DNA from: an uncultured Methanoregulaceae archaeon
GTDB taxonomy: Archaea; Halobacteriota; Methanomicrobia; Methanomicrobiales; Methanospirillaceae
DNA: 64,000 bases
NCBI GenBank assembly: GCA_963841015.1
Contig: CAWJAX010000003.1
Coordinates: 704,001 to 768,000, forward strand
Direction: 5' to 3'
Every line of letters starts with the position of its first letter. Positions within the stretch are counted from its first letter, which is position 1. Below, piece by piece: positions 40,986 to 50,827 of the stretch. Position numbers and translations under genes: made by a program. The notes beneath the pieces are model-generated. The model worked only from the letters and a program-made list of their open reading frames with translations, did not search any database and was not told where the DNA came from.

Positions 40986-41313
40986 TCCAACTTTTTTCTT
41001 TTTTATTAAACTACCTTTCCGGTTCAAAGCCAGCGTAAAACTGGCATATGATCACGACCATGCCGCGCCCGCTTTGTGTCAGACAAACAAACCGTTCTGC
41101 GTGTTCCGTTTCCATTGAAATTCCCAGAATATCTCCTGTTCTTCATTTCGACCACTCGCCTTAATATCCCGGAAATCCTTGGTTGATTACTACAATGGAA
41201 TCACTCCAAAAGGACCTCAGAATACAGAACAAAAAGATCCTGCCACCCGGAGATAACGCTGAAAACCGCCATGATGACCTGGATCGGGATAGTAGCTCCG
41301 GAGGCGTTATTGT

Positions 41314-41745
41314 ATGACGAGGGGACGGCCCCCCCGGCAGGGACTGGATGATGCACACCGCGTCGCCACTGCGAGGGGGACAGTGATGAGTTTTGTGAAG
41401 AACAGGGGGAACCGTTGTGACTTCATGATCGTAGGGAATGGAAATCTCGTTTTTGTCCTGGTCCGGAAAGCCCGGCGAGTTGGCGGAACCCGGGAGGAGA
41501 TGGAAAGAGAGTTCTGTGAACCGGTCATGCGGCTCCGGTCCTTCCCCTCATCAGGTCCCGTCACCAGGGAACTCTGGACGTATACCCGGTACGGTATCTG
41601 GAGGTTTTTCCGGATTGATGATACCACTATCGTAGAGATTTGCCAGGACGGGAAGCCGCTGAAGAACCCATTTGTCGAGGTTGTCCGGACGGTCAGAGCG
41701 GTGAGAAGGAAGAAACCGGGGTCTGCTTTGATGAAGGTGTCCTGA
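41314..41745 (+). CDS. Hypothetical protein, possibly a degenerate PD-(D/E)XK/Hjc-like fold
   Basis: GGAGG SD; RGRPP N-terminus; CDFMIV...VFVLVRK core; RELW...WRFF. Confidence 0.7.
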   Translation: MTRGRPPRQGLDDAHRVATARGTVMSFVKNRGNRCDFMIVGNGNLVFVLVRKARRVGGTREEMEREFCEPVMRLRSFPSSGPVTRELWTYTRYGIWRFFRIDDTTIVEICQDGKPLKNPFVEVVRTVRAVRRKKPGSALMKVS

Positions 41746-41800
41746 TCTCCCCTTTTTCCCTTTTCCCCTATCCGAGCAGCACGGGAAATACACCCTGAAA

Positions 41801-42330
41801 GACATACATTTTCCCCAACCTGTTTCTCCGTCGGAGACTTTTCCACACGAGGGGGTTACTGTACCGGAAATAGCACTAATTCGCGAAATAACAGCACTAT
41901 TGTTTTGGGAATCCCGTGATTACTTGCCCGTTTGACTGTCTGAGGCTGAAACGAAGCTAAAAATCACCGCTAATAGCACCTATCGGGAGGTAAATCTCCG
42001 TTCAAATGGGCTGGAGTAGGGGGGAAATGAAAGAAAGCCTGTTTTGAGCTTGCCGGAATTTCCATGATCCGCCTTCAGAGACATACATTTTCCTCAACCT
42101 GTTTCTCCGTCGGAGATTATTCCACACGAGGGGTTCCTGAGCCGGAAATAGCACTAATTCGTGAAATAACAGAACTATTGTTTTGGGAATCCCACGATTC
42201 TTTGCCCATTCGGCTGTCGGGGGCTGAACCGAAGCTGAAAATCACTGCTAATAGCACCTATTGGGAGGCGAATCTAAGGGGGGCTGGGGGGTAACACGGT
42301 CAAGGGAAAAAGAACACCTGTTTTGGGGGG
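41801..42330. repeat. Tandem direct repeat, two diverged units with a 279-bp period, non-coding
   Basis: 41801-41997 matches 42080-42275 (GACATACATTTTCC...TCTCCGTCGGAGA...AATAGCACTAATTCG...GCTAATAGCACCTAT); weaker match continues to CCTGTTTTG. Confidence 0.92.
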
Positions 42331-42447
42331 GAAATCTGGATCGCAAACCAGTCAGGAAAGTTATTACCTGGTTGTGAATCCCGGACGTTGGTATTCCATG
42401 GGACATACCAGAATATTCCGTAGTAAAAGGAAAGATGAAATAAAGGA

Positions 42448-42645
42448 TTAGTCACCCTTAACCGTAGTGACGCCATCGACCTTGATATAGCGTCTCTTCA
42501 AATTGTGTTTGCTGCCGATAACCGCAAAGGTGCGTTCCTCTGCCTGCTTTGCATTGGGGGCCTCGATTACTTTTGTGTAATGCGCCCACTCTTCACCGTT
42601 CAAAAATGTGCCTTTAACCTCAAACTTCTGATTTTCCGTAACCAT
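42448..42645 (-). CDS. rplX: 50S ribosomal protein LX (L18Ae/eL20)
   Basis: GSKHNLKR motif; follows aIF-6. Confidence 0.93.
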   Translation of the reverse strand: MVTENQKFEVKGTFLNGEEWAHYTKVIEAPNAKQAEERTFAVIGSKHNLKRRYIKVDGVTTVKGD

Positions 42646-42650
42646 ATTAC

Positions 42651-43313
42651 TCACTCCAGAAACCCGAATATATCCTCTATTCTGCCCAGTTCAAACCCGC
42701 TTGTCGCATTGCCGGCAATGTAGCCTGTTTCGTTGACTAAAAGACCCGTACCCACAAGCCCGCTGCCCATGTTGATAGTGCCAGTACCGATGGGGATCTT
42801 TGCAACCTCTTCAAGCCGGGCGATCTGGTGGGGAGTAGCCCTCGGGTGAACAATAACTCCCTTGTTGGTTGCAACACCGGCCATACCGACAGTTTTTACG
42901 CCGCCTAATGTCAGGTGGATCACTTCTACTTCCAGAAACTCGCCAATCTCACGTGCAGGCTCCAGGGGCATGTCCTCGTGGACTGCGGCAAAAGTGTCGT
43001 TTGCCATGATCACGTTCCCTGCAGCGTTCATTGAATCCCTTAAAAGCAGGATTTTCCTGTGCTTTTCGAGGCATGCAATTTCTGCTTCAGTAGCAAGTCC
43101 GCTCATGACGATCCCCCTGCTGTTACCGGCAACAAGCGAACCGATAATAGCACTTCCCTGGATTGTTGTTTCCACAAGGTCAACGCCAAGTGCATTGACA
43201 AGTGCCTGTTTGTAGTCATCCGGAGATTCGGGGGGGATGATGGCGATATTTCCCAGAACCCGGGAAAAAACCCCGATGTTCGGATCTCCTGCCAGCGTGA
43301 TCGTTCGTTCCAT
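42651..43313 (-). CDS. eif6: Translation initiation factor 6
   Basis: NIGVF, GSL.AGNS.G, GTINMGS, TSGFEL motifs. Confidence 0.96.
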   Translation of the reverse strand: MERTITLAGDPNIGVFSRVLGNIAIIPPESPDDYKQALVNALGVDLVETTIQGSAIIGSLVAGNSRGIVMSGLATEAEIACLEKHRKILLLRDSMNAAGNVIMANDTFAAVHEDMPLEPAREIGEFLEVEVIHLTLGGVKTVGMAGVATNKGVIVHPRATPHQIARLEEVAKIPIGTGTINMGSGLVGTGLLVNETGYIAGNATSGFELGRIEDIFGFLE

Positions 43314-43314
43314 C

Positions 43315-43581
43315 TTACGATTCCGGTGCAAGTTCAGCCTGAACCTGCCCGTCCTCCATCTTCATGGCGCGAACCCGGATCTTTGAAGGCGGTTTTGTGC
43401 TGCCCCGGCTCCATACCTTCTCATTGATACCTTTGTCAAGCTTCACATCAGCGCTTTTCATGTGCTTTGCGAGATATTTCCTGATGTCCTTTATGGCGCC
43501 ATTGCTCCGCTTCCAGCGGGGCATCCTGCGTGCATCCCTGAGGGGGATGACATATATATGCTCCTGCAATTTTTCTGCCAT
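43315..43581 (-). CDS. rpl31e: 50S ribosomal protein L31e
   Basis: [21 protein letters not shown]. Confidence 0.96.
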   Translation of the reverse strand: MAEKLQEHIYVIPLRDARRMPRWKRSNGAIKDIRKYLAKHMKSADVKLDKGINEKVWSRGSTKPPSKIRVRAMKMEDGQVQAELAPES

Positions 43582-43586
43582 GGTTC

Positions 43587-43739
43587 CTACACCTTCAGGT
43601 TACTCTTTCGCCAGTTGCGCCGTTTCGGGTGCGCAACTACTGATCGCTTCGTTCTTACCATTACCCACTGAGGCACACGCCGGTTCTGGTCGCATGCTTT
43701 GGCCAGACGAATCTTTCTGCCTTTGCTTAATTTGCTCAT
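43587..43739 (-). CDS. rpl39e: 50S ribosomal protein L39e, 50 aa, absent from the ORF track
   Basis: [50 protein letters not shown]. Confidence 0.96.
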   Translation of the reverse strand: MSKLSKGRKIRLAKACDQNRRVPQWVMVRTKRSVVAHPKRRNWRKSNLKV

Positions 43740-44349
43740 ATTCCTTCACCTCAGCTACTGATTGTATTTTTTTTCCAATGACCAGCGACTGGTCATGATG
43801 CGCCGGGAACAGGCAGGCGGGATCAATACCCCTGGCAGCAACCGCCTCCCGGATCTCGGTTTCGTAATCGCCATTGCTGATCGTTCCTGTTTCTCCGTAT
43901 TTCACGATGAAAAAATGGTCGACCAGCCGGTCAACTTCCGGCTTGACATACCCCAGCAGGGGTCGCACATAGGAACAGCCGGTCCGGTTGCCCAGGCTCT
44001 GCACCTCAGCTCTCGACAGCATCGGCACGCGGTCATTAAACCGGGTGCCATCGCCAACCACGAGGTACTCTGAGGAAAGGGTTTCAACGGCGATCTGGTG
44101 TACGGTATTAATCGCATCATTCGGATATCCGCACGTTTTCACGAGATCCACCATGTCGTCCAGCAATCCTTTGTCAAACACTCTTTTTTTTAAGGGAAAT
44201 CCAAGCACTTGTGCCGCAGTATCCACCGACGGGACCTGGCGGGACGGGTCGAACACGAACATGTTTAGTTCAACCTCGTAATACGTACCCAGCATTATCG
44301 CTGCAAGGGAACTGTCCTTTCCGCCGCTGAAGAGCACTCCTGCCTTCAT
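43600..44349 (-). CDS. PP-loop superfamily ATPase; true stop probably near 43755 (A-run error extends it over rpl39e)
   Basis: [10 protein letters not shown] motif; removing one A from the A8 run gives ...KKYNQ* just before rpl39e. Confidence 0.82.
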   Translation of the reverse strand: MKAGVLFSGGKDSSLAAIMLGTYYEVELNMFVFDPSRQVPSVDTAAQVLGFPLKKRVFDKGLLDDMVDLVKTCGYPNDAINTVHQIAVETLSSEYLVVGDGTRFNDRVPMLSRAEVQSLGNRTGCSYVRPLLGYVKPEVDRLVDHFFIVKYGETGTISNGDYETEIREAVAARGIDPACLFPAHHDQSLVIGKKIQSVAEVKEYEQIKQRQKDSSGQSMRPEPACASVGNGKNEAISSCAPETAQLAKE

Positions 44350-44688
44350 TACCTTCGCGTAATTGAATAATCACGTTTTTTTGGCGCAAGCTGCCTGAGC
44401 AGTTCCTTGAGCTGCGAATCCGTGATCTTGTTCTTGAGTCGCCCGCTTTGGGCAAGCTGGACGAGCTGCTGTTCTACAGCACCGGCAAAATCCGGTTTCG
44501 TCAGCTTGATGGTGTTCAGGCGTTCCCGGGCATCTGGCTCGAGAATCGACATAAGCATCATCTGCATCTGAGACTTAATACGCTCCTGGCGTTCGAGCCT
44601 CTGCCTGCATTGCCTGTTGATCGCCAGACTGCTGTTGCAGCTGCGCCATCCTGCGTTTGCGGAGTTCATTAAGCTCGTCGTCTCCCAT
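44349..44688 (-). CDS. PDCD5-like DNA-binding protein (frameshift near 44598)
   Basis: MGDDELNELRKRRMAQLQ joins ILEPDARERLNTIKLTKP...ITDSQLKELL after deleting one G. Confidence 0.9.
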
Positions 44689-44697
44689 GGGGTTACC

Positions 44698-45307
44698 TCA
44701 CTTCGGTACTTCAGCCTTTTCCGGCTTCTTACCTTCAGCTTTCTTTGCTGCAGGTTTCTTTTCGGCCTTCTCACCTTTTGCGCTCTCAGACTTTCTCGCC
44801 TTTCTCCTTTTTTGCATCGGACTTCTTGCCCTCTGCTTTCTTGGGTTCAGGTTCGGCTGCTGCCTTTGCGCGCTTAGGTACCGGTGCCGGCGGGTTGTTC
44901 TTCACTTCATGAGCCATATTGTCGAGGAACGCCATCCCTGCCGGGGATACTTTACGACCGGTCTTGTCATGGATAACAAGTCCTGCGGCCTCAAGCTGCT
45001 GGAGGGATTTTCGCAGGATGGACCCACTGCCCTTCCTGAATGCATTGGGCTTTGAACCCCGGTTCTTTTTCCCGCCGTAAAAACTCCGCATCCTCTCGAC
45101 GCCCAGGGGACCATCGACATAGACACGCCTCAACACTGCCGCAACCCGGACATACCACCAGTCCGGATCTTCGGGCGGCATTTCTTTGTGTGCCCCGGTC
45201 TTTGCAAAAGCGGCCCAGGGTGGGGGAGTAATTTCCTTATGTTTCCTGAGCTCCTCTGCGACCTTCCTGATAAGGTGGTCAGCCGAAGCATCGAATACTG
45301 TTGTCAT
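44698..45307 (-). CDS. rps19e: 30S ribosomal protein S19e with Lys/Ala/Glu-rich tail (frameshift near 44793; ORF-track stop at 44786)
   Basis: KTGAHKEMPP..DWWY.R, GSGSI.RKSLQQLE; the low-complexity tail continues in the next frame to 44698. Confidence 0.95.
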
Positions 45308-45420
45308 CTAGAGACCTCACTGTTGAATTATTCAATAACAGTCTTTACTTATTTGTGGATAAGGTTTTTATATATTTCGAGAAGCGGAACTCCTCAGGGG
45401 ATTTTTAAGAAAAAAACGTA

Positions 45421-45672
45421 TTATTTTTTGCCTGTTTTATTTTTTTCCTCCAGCACCATGGTCCTTCCCCGCACCTCAACGAGCCGTGCCCGTGCCTGTG
45501 AAGCCACCTCTTCCGGGTCAACCTCGATATTCTGCAGCCATTTGACTTTGATCATCTTTCGTTTTTTGAGCTGTTCCACGATCTCATCGATCATGGTTGC
45601 GGTACAGCCCTGTTTGCCGATCCAGACGGTCGGTTTGAGGTCCTGCATTGATCGGTCAGGTTGACGGGACAT
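45421..45672 (-). CDS. YhbY/CRM RNA-binding protein
   Basis: LKPTVWIGKQG, IKVK, VRGRT motifs. Confidence 0.92.
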   Translation of the reverse strand: MSRQPDRSMQDLKPTVWIGKQGCTATMIDEIVEQLKKRKMIKVKWLQNIEVDPEEVASQARARLVEVRGRTMVLEEKNKTGKK

Positions 45673-45982
45673 TCGTTCTCACCACACGGATTCGTGTTTT
45701 TTTATTACAGGCATGACAGGTTATCACGACAGTGCCGCGGTGCACCCGCACCCGCATATTCTTTCCTGGTACCAGGAACGTATAGCAGTGATGGCAGAAC
45801 TGGCGGCGGAATTGCCGTTCAATCCTGATCCGCTGTCGCATGGCGATTTTCCGTGCCAGATCGACATAGCGGTTACTCCGTTCCGGGTGGGTACCGAACG
45901 CATCCTTCGCCTGCCCGAACAGGATCTCGATACGTTCCCGGGCAATCTTTTTTGTGACGGGGTTGCGGGATCGTTCTTTCAT
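45656..45982 (-). CDS. rnp4: RNase P protein component 4 (Rpp21)
   Basis: IARERIEILF, CHHC...PG...C..C. Confidence 0.93.
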   Translation of the reverse strand: MKERSRNPVTKKIARERIEILFGQAKDAFGTHPERSNRYVDLARKIAMRQRIRIERQFRRQFCHHCYTFLVPGKNMRVRVHRGTVVITCHACNKKTRIRVVRTNVPST

Positions 45983-46087
45983 GGTCTCGTGATATTCCCT
46001 GATAGTTGTGCTAAACTATCAGCGTGTAGGATAAAAAAGGAACGGTGAGTGGCCTTATACCTGGATCTGCCGTTTGAAAAGTAAATT

Positions 46088-46702
46088 TCATCGGATTCTG
46101 ACCGTTCTTCCGACAATTTCCAGCCGGTCCTCACAAAACAGCCTGATTGCCTCCGGAAAACACTCATGCTCGTGTTGTAAGATCCGGTCGGCGAGGGAAT
46201 CTTCATCATCACCATCCATAACCACCACAGCCTGCTGGAGGATGATGGGGCCCCCGTCAAGACTTTCATCCACGAAATGCACCGTGCACCCGGACACTTT
46301 CACGCCATAATGTACTGCCTGTCGCTGGGCATGCAGCCCGGTGAAGCTGGGAAGGAGGGCCGGGTGGATATTCATCATTTTTCCCGGAAACGCCCGTACA
46401 ATTCCTGCACCAAGGATCCGCATGTAGCCTGCCAGCACGTAAAGATCAGCATCGACCTCCTGCATTGCAGAGAGGAGTGCCCGTTCGTACACATCCCGCG
46501 AGGAGAATGTGGCGTAATCGATAATTCTGACCGGAATGCCGGCTTTTTTTGCCCGCTCAATCGCATATGCTTTCGGATTATCGGTAATAAGCGCAACACA
46601 GGTTGCAGGGATTTTTTCATCTTTTATTGCATCGACCACCGCCTGGAAATTCGAACCCCTGCCTGATGCCAGCACCGCAATGCGTTTTTTCATTCTGTCC
46701 AT
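46088..46702 (-). CDS. purN: Phosphoribosylglycinamide formyltransferase
   Basis: SGRGSN, NIHPALLP, GCTVHFV..DGGPII motifs. Confidence 0.96.
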   Translation of the reverse strand: MDRMKKRIAVLASGRGSNFQAVVDAIKDEKIPATCVALITDNPKAYAIERAKKAGIPVRIIDYATFSSRDVYERALLSAMQEVDADLYVLAGYMRILGAGIVRAFPGKMMNIHPALLPSFTGLHAQRQAVHYGVKVSGCTVHFVDESLDGGPIILQQAVVVMDGDDEDSLADRILQHEHECFPEAIRLFCEDRLEIVGRTVRIR

Positions 46703-46733
46703 CCTCTGAAAATACGAATAACCATGAATTGCC

Positions 46734-48005
46734 CTAAACGATCTCTTTACCGGCGGATGGATGAATCACAACCTTCACTTTCACGATCCGCCGGCCGTGC
46801 ATCTGCATAACAACCAGGGTAATCTTCCCGTCATTAATTTCAACCTTTTCCCCGGGGTGCAGGGGAATATGTCCCAAACGGTCGATAATAAGGCCCCCGA
46901 CTGTCTCGTAAGACTCATCGACGGGAAGATCTATCTCTATTCGCTCGTTGATGTCCTCAACCCACATCTGAGCATCGACAACAAAGACACCATCGGAAAG
47001 ATTCTGAATTTCCGGTTCCTCCTTGTCATATTCGTCCATAATATCCCCGACGATTTCTTCAAGAATATCCTCGACAGTAACAATCCCGACAAAACTGCTG
47101 TACTCATCGATTACAATTGCCATCTGAACACGGTGCACCTGGAGTTCTTTTAATAAATCATCGATCTTTTTTGTTTCAGGGACAAACATGGGGTCATACA
47201 TGATCTCTTTTATGGTAGAATCCCTGCGATGCGAGACCATTGCTGAAAATACATCCTTTACGTTCAGAATCCCGGTGATGTTGTCTATATGATCATGGTA
47301 AACCGGAATCCGTGAAAACCCGGTTTCATTAAAGATCCGGATCGCCTCTTCAAAAGTAACGGTATCCTCCATGAGGGTGACATCAACCCTGGGGGTCATG
47401 ATCTCACGGGCAGTGGTGTCAGAAAACTCGAGCACTGAGTACAGCATTTCCTGCTCCCCCTGTTCAATGGTGCCATCTTCCTTGCCGACATCAATCCATT
47501 CCTTGATCTCCTCTTCAGTCACTGACGCTTCACCCACCTCCTTGCCAATGCCAAACGTCGGGCTTACCTTTTCAACGAGCCATATCAGGGGGGAGAAAAT
47601 TCGGGAGAGGAACAGGATAACAGGTGCAACCGTGAGTGCAAACGAATCCGATGCCCTGGCTGCATAAATCTTGGGTCCGATCTCACCAAAGACCAGAAGA
47701 ACAATGACTACAAAAAAGGTCGCGATTCCAACACCAATATCTCCGAATGCCTTTATCGCGATGGAAGTTGCAAGGGTTGCAGCCGCAACATTGACAATAT
47801 TGTTCCCAATCAGAATCGTGATAAGCAGGTGTTCAGGGGATTCTTTTAATTCCGCAACAGCCTTTGAACCCGGCTTCCCTTCATTGACGAGAGTTCTCAC
47901 CTTTGCCCGGGTAATAGATATGAGGGCAACTTCCGAGCTGGAAAAAAACGCTGAAAGAATGACGCAGAGAACGAAGAGCAGGATTTCAACAGCGTCCTGG
48001 ATCAT
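46734..48005 (-). CDS. CNNM/CorC (hemolysin-family) DUF21-CBS-CorC membrane protein
   Basis: AFFSSSE, FGEIGPK, FSRIPVY, EDILEEIVG motifs. Confidence 0.93.
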   Translation of the reverse strand: MIQDAVEILLFVLCVILSAFFSSSEVALISITRAKVRTLVNEGKPGSKAVAELKESPEHLLITILIGNNIVNVAAATLATSIAIKAFGDIGVGIATFFVVIVLLVFGEIGPKIYAARASDSFALTVAPVILFLSRIFSPLIWLVEKVSPTFGIGKEVGEASVTEEEIKEWIDVGKEDGTIEQGEQEMLYSVLEFSDTTAREIMTPRVDVTLMEDTVTFEEAIRIFNETGFSRIPVYHDHIDNITGILNVKDVFSAMVSHRRDSTIKEIMYDPMFVPETKKIDDLLKELQVHRVQMAIVIDEYSSFVGIVTVEDILEEIVGDIMDEYDKEEPEIQNLSDGVFVVDAQMWVEDINERIEIDLPVDESYETVGGLIIDRLGHIPLHPGEKVEINDGKITLVVMQMHGRRIVKVKVVIHPSAGKEIV

Positions 48006-48100
48006 CGCATTTCACGCTGTGCTGGTGCACGCAGATTATTTCGGATCATAAATAAAAATACACTATCCTATTCGGAATGGAATTTAATAAAACCAGCGCT

Positions 48101-48922
48101 TCATTCCATGCATTCCCGCATAAAAACACAATCACGTGCCAGCAGTTCTATCTTTTTCTCCGCTGAAAGAGGATGGTCGAGATTTAAATCCTCGATCTCA
48201 AGAGTCAGGCTGCCGTGATAATGGTGGTCTTTTAAACATTCCATCACGGTTACCATGGAAGCATGACGGTCAAGAGGGAAATGTGCTTTACCATGATCAA
48301 AACGGCTGAGGTGCACGTTCACAAGCCGGTCGTGACAGAGTTCGATATACCGGACCACCTCGCTATCGGATTTGGAAAGCGCATGCGCAACGTCAAGTGT
48401 GAAGAACAGCCACGGTTCCTCATCAAGGAGTACCCGCATGCGTTCCGGGGTGCAGAGAAGTGAGTTGACTATCGGTTCCATATTCTCCATACCGATTTTT
48501 ATTGAATTCCGGGTCGCTGCCTCACGGAGTGCCGAAACATAGTGATCGAACCGGGCAAAGTCCGCAGAACTGGGCGGCCGCTTTGCAGTCCGCCTGCCCG
48601 GGTGCACGGTCAGGATATGGGCCCCCATCTGTTCGGCAATCGAAATGGACCTGACTGCATATTCAACAGACACTTTTGCCACATCCGGATTAATGGAACA
48701 GGGATTCAGATCTAAAATCGGGGAATGAACCGTCAGTGCAGAAATTTCAGGGTGCTCGTTCCTGCACGCGATCACCTCGTCCACGGGCAGGTCACGAAGC
48801 CAGAAATGCGGGGTCTCTAACCAGAACTCCAGCGCATTTAAACCCGCTCGGGACACAAACGTGAATATCTCGTTTACGGTGTACTCGTGAAAGAACATGC
48901 TCGAGACGGAAAACGACACCAT
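48101..48922 (-). CDS. Sugar-phosphate isomerase/AP endonuclease 2-like TIM-barrel protein
   Basis: VHPG, EN, DVAH, VHLS, H.P, LE metal ligands. Confidence 0.85.
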   Translation of the reverse strand: MVSFSVSSMFFHEYTVNEIFTFVSRAGLNALEFWLETPHFWLRDLPVDEVIACRNEHPEISALTVHSPILDLNPCSINPDVAKVSVEYAVRSISIAEQMGAHILTVHPGRRTAKRPPSSADFARFDHYVSALREAATRNSIKIGMENMEPIVNSLLCTPERMRVLLDEEPWLFFTLDVAHALSKSDSEVVRYIELCHDRLVNVHLSRFDHGKAHFPLDRHASMVTVMECLKDHHYHGSLTLEIEDLNLDHPLSAEKKIELLARDCVFMRECME

Positions 48923-48960
48923 GGCAGTACATTTGATATGCGGTTTTAGCCTAATAATGG

Positions 48961-50214
48961 TTGATGGACTGGTTCAACCGCCCCGATGCCGCTGCTATTG
49001 TTGAAACGGAACCGTTACGGGTTTCCGAGCTGTCAGCGATTATCGAGGGCCTCCTTGATAATCCGCTCCTGCAGGACATCCGTGTCCGTGGAGAAGTGAC
49101 CAATTATACCCATCATGCACGGGGACATCGTTACTTCTCGCTATCGGAAAAAGGCGGGGGAAATACGGCAGCGGTGATAAAATGTGTCATGTGGCGGTCA
49201 GATGCGGATCGGCTGTCTTTTAATCCCGTTGAGGGGATGGAGATAATCGTCGCCGGGACGGTAAGGGCTTATGCTCCGCATGGGTCGTACCAGCTGCAGG
49301 TCAAAGAGATGAGAAAAGCCGGGCTGGGGGAGAAATTCCTGCTTGTCGAACAGTGGAAAAAGCAGCTTGAAGCCGAGGGTTGTTTTTCTCTGGAACGGAA
49401 ACGCTGCCTCCCCACGTTCCCGGCACGAATCGGTGTGGTTACTTCAGAAACGGGGGCAGTAATCCACGATATAAGGACCGTTGTTGGAAGACGGTACCCT
49501 CTGGAAATTATCATTTCACCCACGGCAGTTCAGGGTGAGCAGGCACACCGGGAGATAGCCGGTGCGATTACCCGCCTTGCGGGGATGGTGGAGGTGGTCA
49601 TCGTTGCCCGGGGTGGGGGGACCTTTGAGGATTTATTCCCCTTCAACCATCCGGATGTAGTGCGGGCTATTGTTGCGTGCCCTGTTCCGGTCGTCAGCGC
49701 AATCGGGCATGAAGTGGATGTAACGCTCAGCGATCTCGCTGCAGACCTCCGGGCAGCTACCCCGTCTGCCGCAGCAGAACTGGTGGTACCGGACCGTATT
49801 GTGCTGACAACCCGGTTACAGGAACTCAAATCCCTGCTGAATACTTCGTTGCAGGCCCGGGTTGCATGGGCACGGGATGAAGTTGCCGATATGCGGGACC
49901 GGCTCCGCCCGCAGCGGTTCAGTCGGAAACTCGAAGAGAGAACACAAAACATGGCAGACCTTTCGGACAGGCTCGAACGGGCTTTTTCAAACCGGCTCGG
50001 TCGCGAACACCTGCTTCTTGCGGAGATGAAAACTGCACTCGACAGCAGGAACCCGCTCGCCGTCCTTGCCCGGGGTTACTGTGTTGCAGAGAAGCAGGGC
50101 GAGGTTGTACGGAGCTCAGACGCCATAACAACGGGAGATCGCATGAAAATCAGGTTTTATAATGGCAGTAGCCAGGTATTCGTGGAGCGTGTGGATCATG
50201 AAAGAAACCTATGA
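48961..50214 (+). CDS. xseA: Exodeoxyribonuclease VII large subunit
   Basis: GH.YFSL, IGVVTS..GA, ARGGG, SAIGHE.D, TPSAAA motifs. Confidence 0.96.
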   Translation: MMDWFNRPDAAAIVETEPLRVSELSAIIEGLLDNPLLQDIRVRGEVTNYTHHARGHRYFSLSEKGGGNTAAVIKCVMWRSDADRLSFNPVEGMEIIVAGTVRAYAPHGSYQLQVKEMRKAGLGEKFLLVEQWKKQLEAEGCFSLERKRCLPTFPARIGVVTSETGAVIHDIRTVVGRRYPLEIIISPTAVQGEQAHREIAGAITRLAGMVEVVIVARGGGTFEDLFPFNHPDVVRAIVACPVPVVSAIGHEVDVTLSDLAADLRAATPSAAAELVVPDRIVLTTRLQELKSLLNTSLQARVAWARDEVADMRDRLRPQRFSRKLEERTQNMADLSDRLERAFSNRLGREHLLLAEMKTALDSRNPLAVLARGYCVAEKQGEVVRSSDAITTGDRMKIRFYNGSSQVFVERVDHERNL

Positions 50215-50383
50215 AACAAAGATAGAACACTTACGGCAGATCATTGAAAAAATCGATGACGGTAACACCAGTCTTGATGAGAGTATGAAGCTGTATGAAC
50301 AGGGTGCAGCGCTGGTAAAACAGTGTGAGATACTGCTTACCGAAGCTGAATTAAAAATTACCACGCTCAGCCGGGACGTATAG
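50198..50383 (+). CDS. xseB: Exodeoxyribonuclease VII small subunit
   Basis: YE..I..L..I...SLDESMKLYEQG..L...C...L..AE. Confidence 0.93.
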   Translation: MKETYETKIEHLRQIIEKIDDGNTSLDESMKLYEQGAALVKQCEILLTEAELKITTLSRDV

Positions 50384-50795
50384 CGGTCAGGGTAACAAGC
50401 ATTTCGTTTCCCGCGGCAAGGTGTTCGATGAGTGATTTTGGCAGGGTTGCCGCTACGTGATCGGACATAATGCCGATTGTCCGCCCGCAGACAAAGGAGC
50501 TCCGTCGCCAGACTATGTCGGTCGGATGATCCAGGGCGAATTTAAAAGAACCTCGTGATTTCACCTCGATGGTCACCCCCTCACACGAGAGCAGGGTAAT
50601 AAGAACCGCATCATCATGGGAAAGCACCCGTTTGAATTCCGGTGAAAGCCCGTTGCAGCCTTTGTCCGCCGAAATACCGATAATGCAGTTACCATTTTTC
50701 GTGAGATGATCCTCGCGGGTCACCTCAAATGTTGTCGGATGGGTACCAAGAACGATTGGGTGCCCCCGGCAATGGATGATCTCCTGAGCCTCCAT
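50367..50795 (-). CDS. DUF371 family protein
   Basis: GH.....HPTTFEVT....LT..GNCIIG. Confidence 0.88.
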   Translation of the reverse strand: MEAQEIIHCRGHPIVLGTHPTTFEVTREDHLTKNGNCIIGISADKGCNGLSPEFKRVLSHDDAVLITLLSCEGVTIEVKSRGSFKFALDHPTDIVWRRSSFVCGRTIGIMSDHVAATLPKSLIEHLAAGNEMLVTLTAIRPG

Positions 50796-50827
50796 GTTTA
50801 TCATGTGAGGGTTGCCATTGATATTCA

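Noticed and set aside
42064-42294. 76-aa ORF inside the second repeat unit
   Set aside because: The frame is not preserved in the first unit (G-run length differs), so the repeat is probably non-coding
41801-42330. CRISPR array
   Set aside because: Only two long diverged units, no short identical repeats with unique spacers, and no cas genes
43587-43760. Genuine overlapping gene pair (PP-loop ATPase over rpl39e)
   Set aside because: The overlap disappears if the A8 homopolymer is one base shorter
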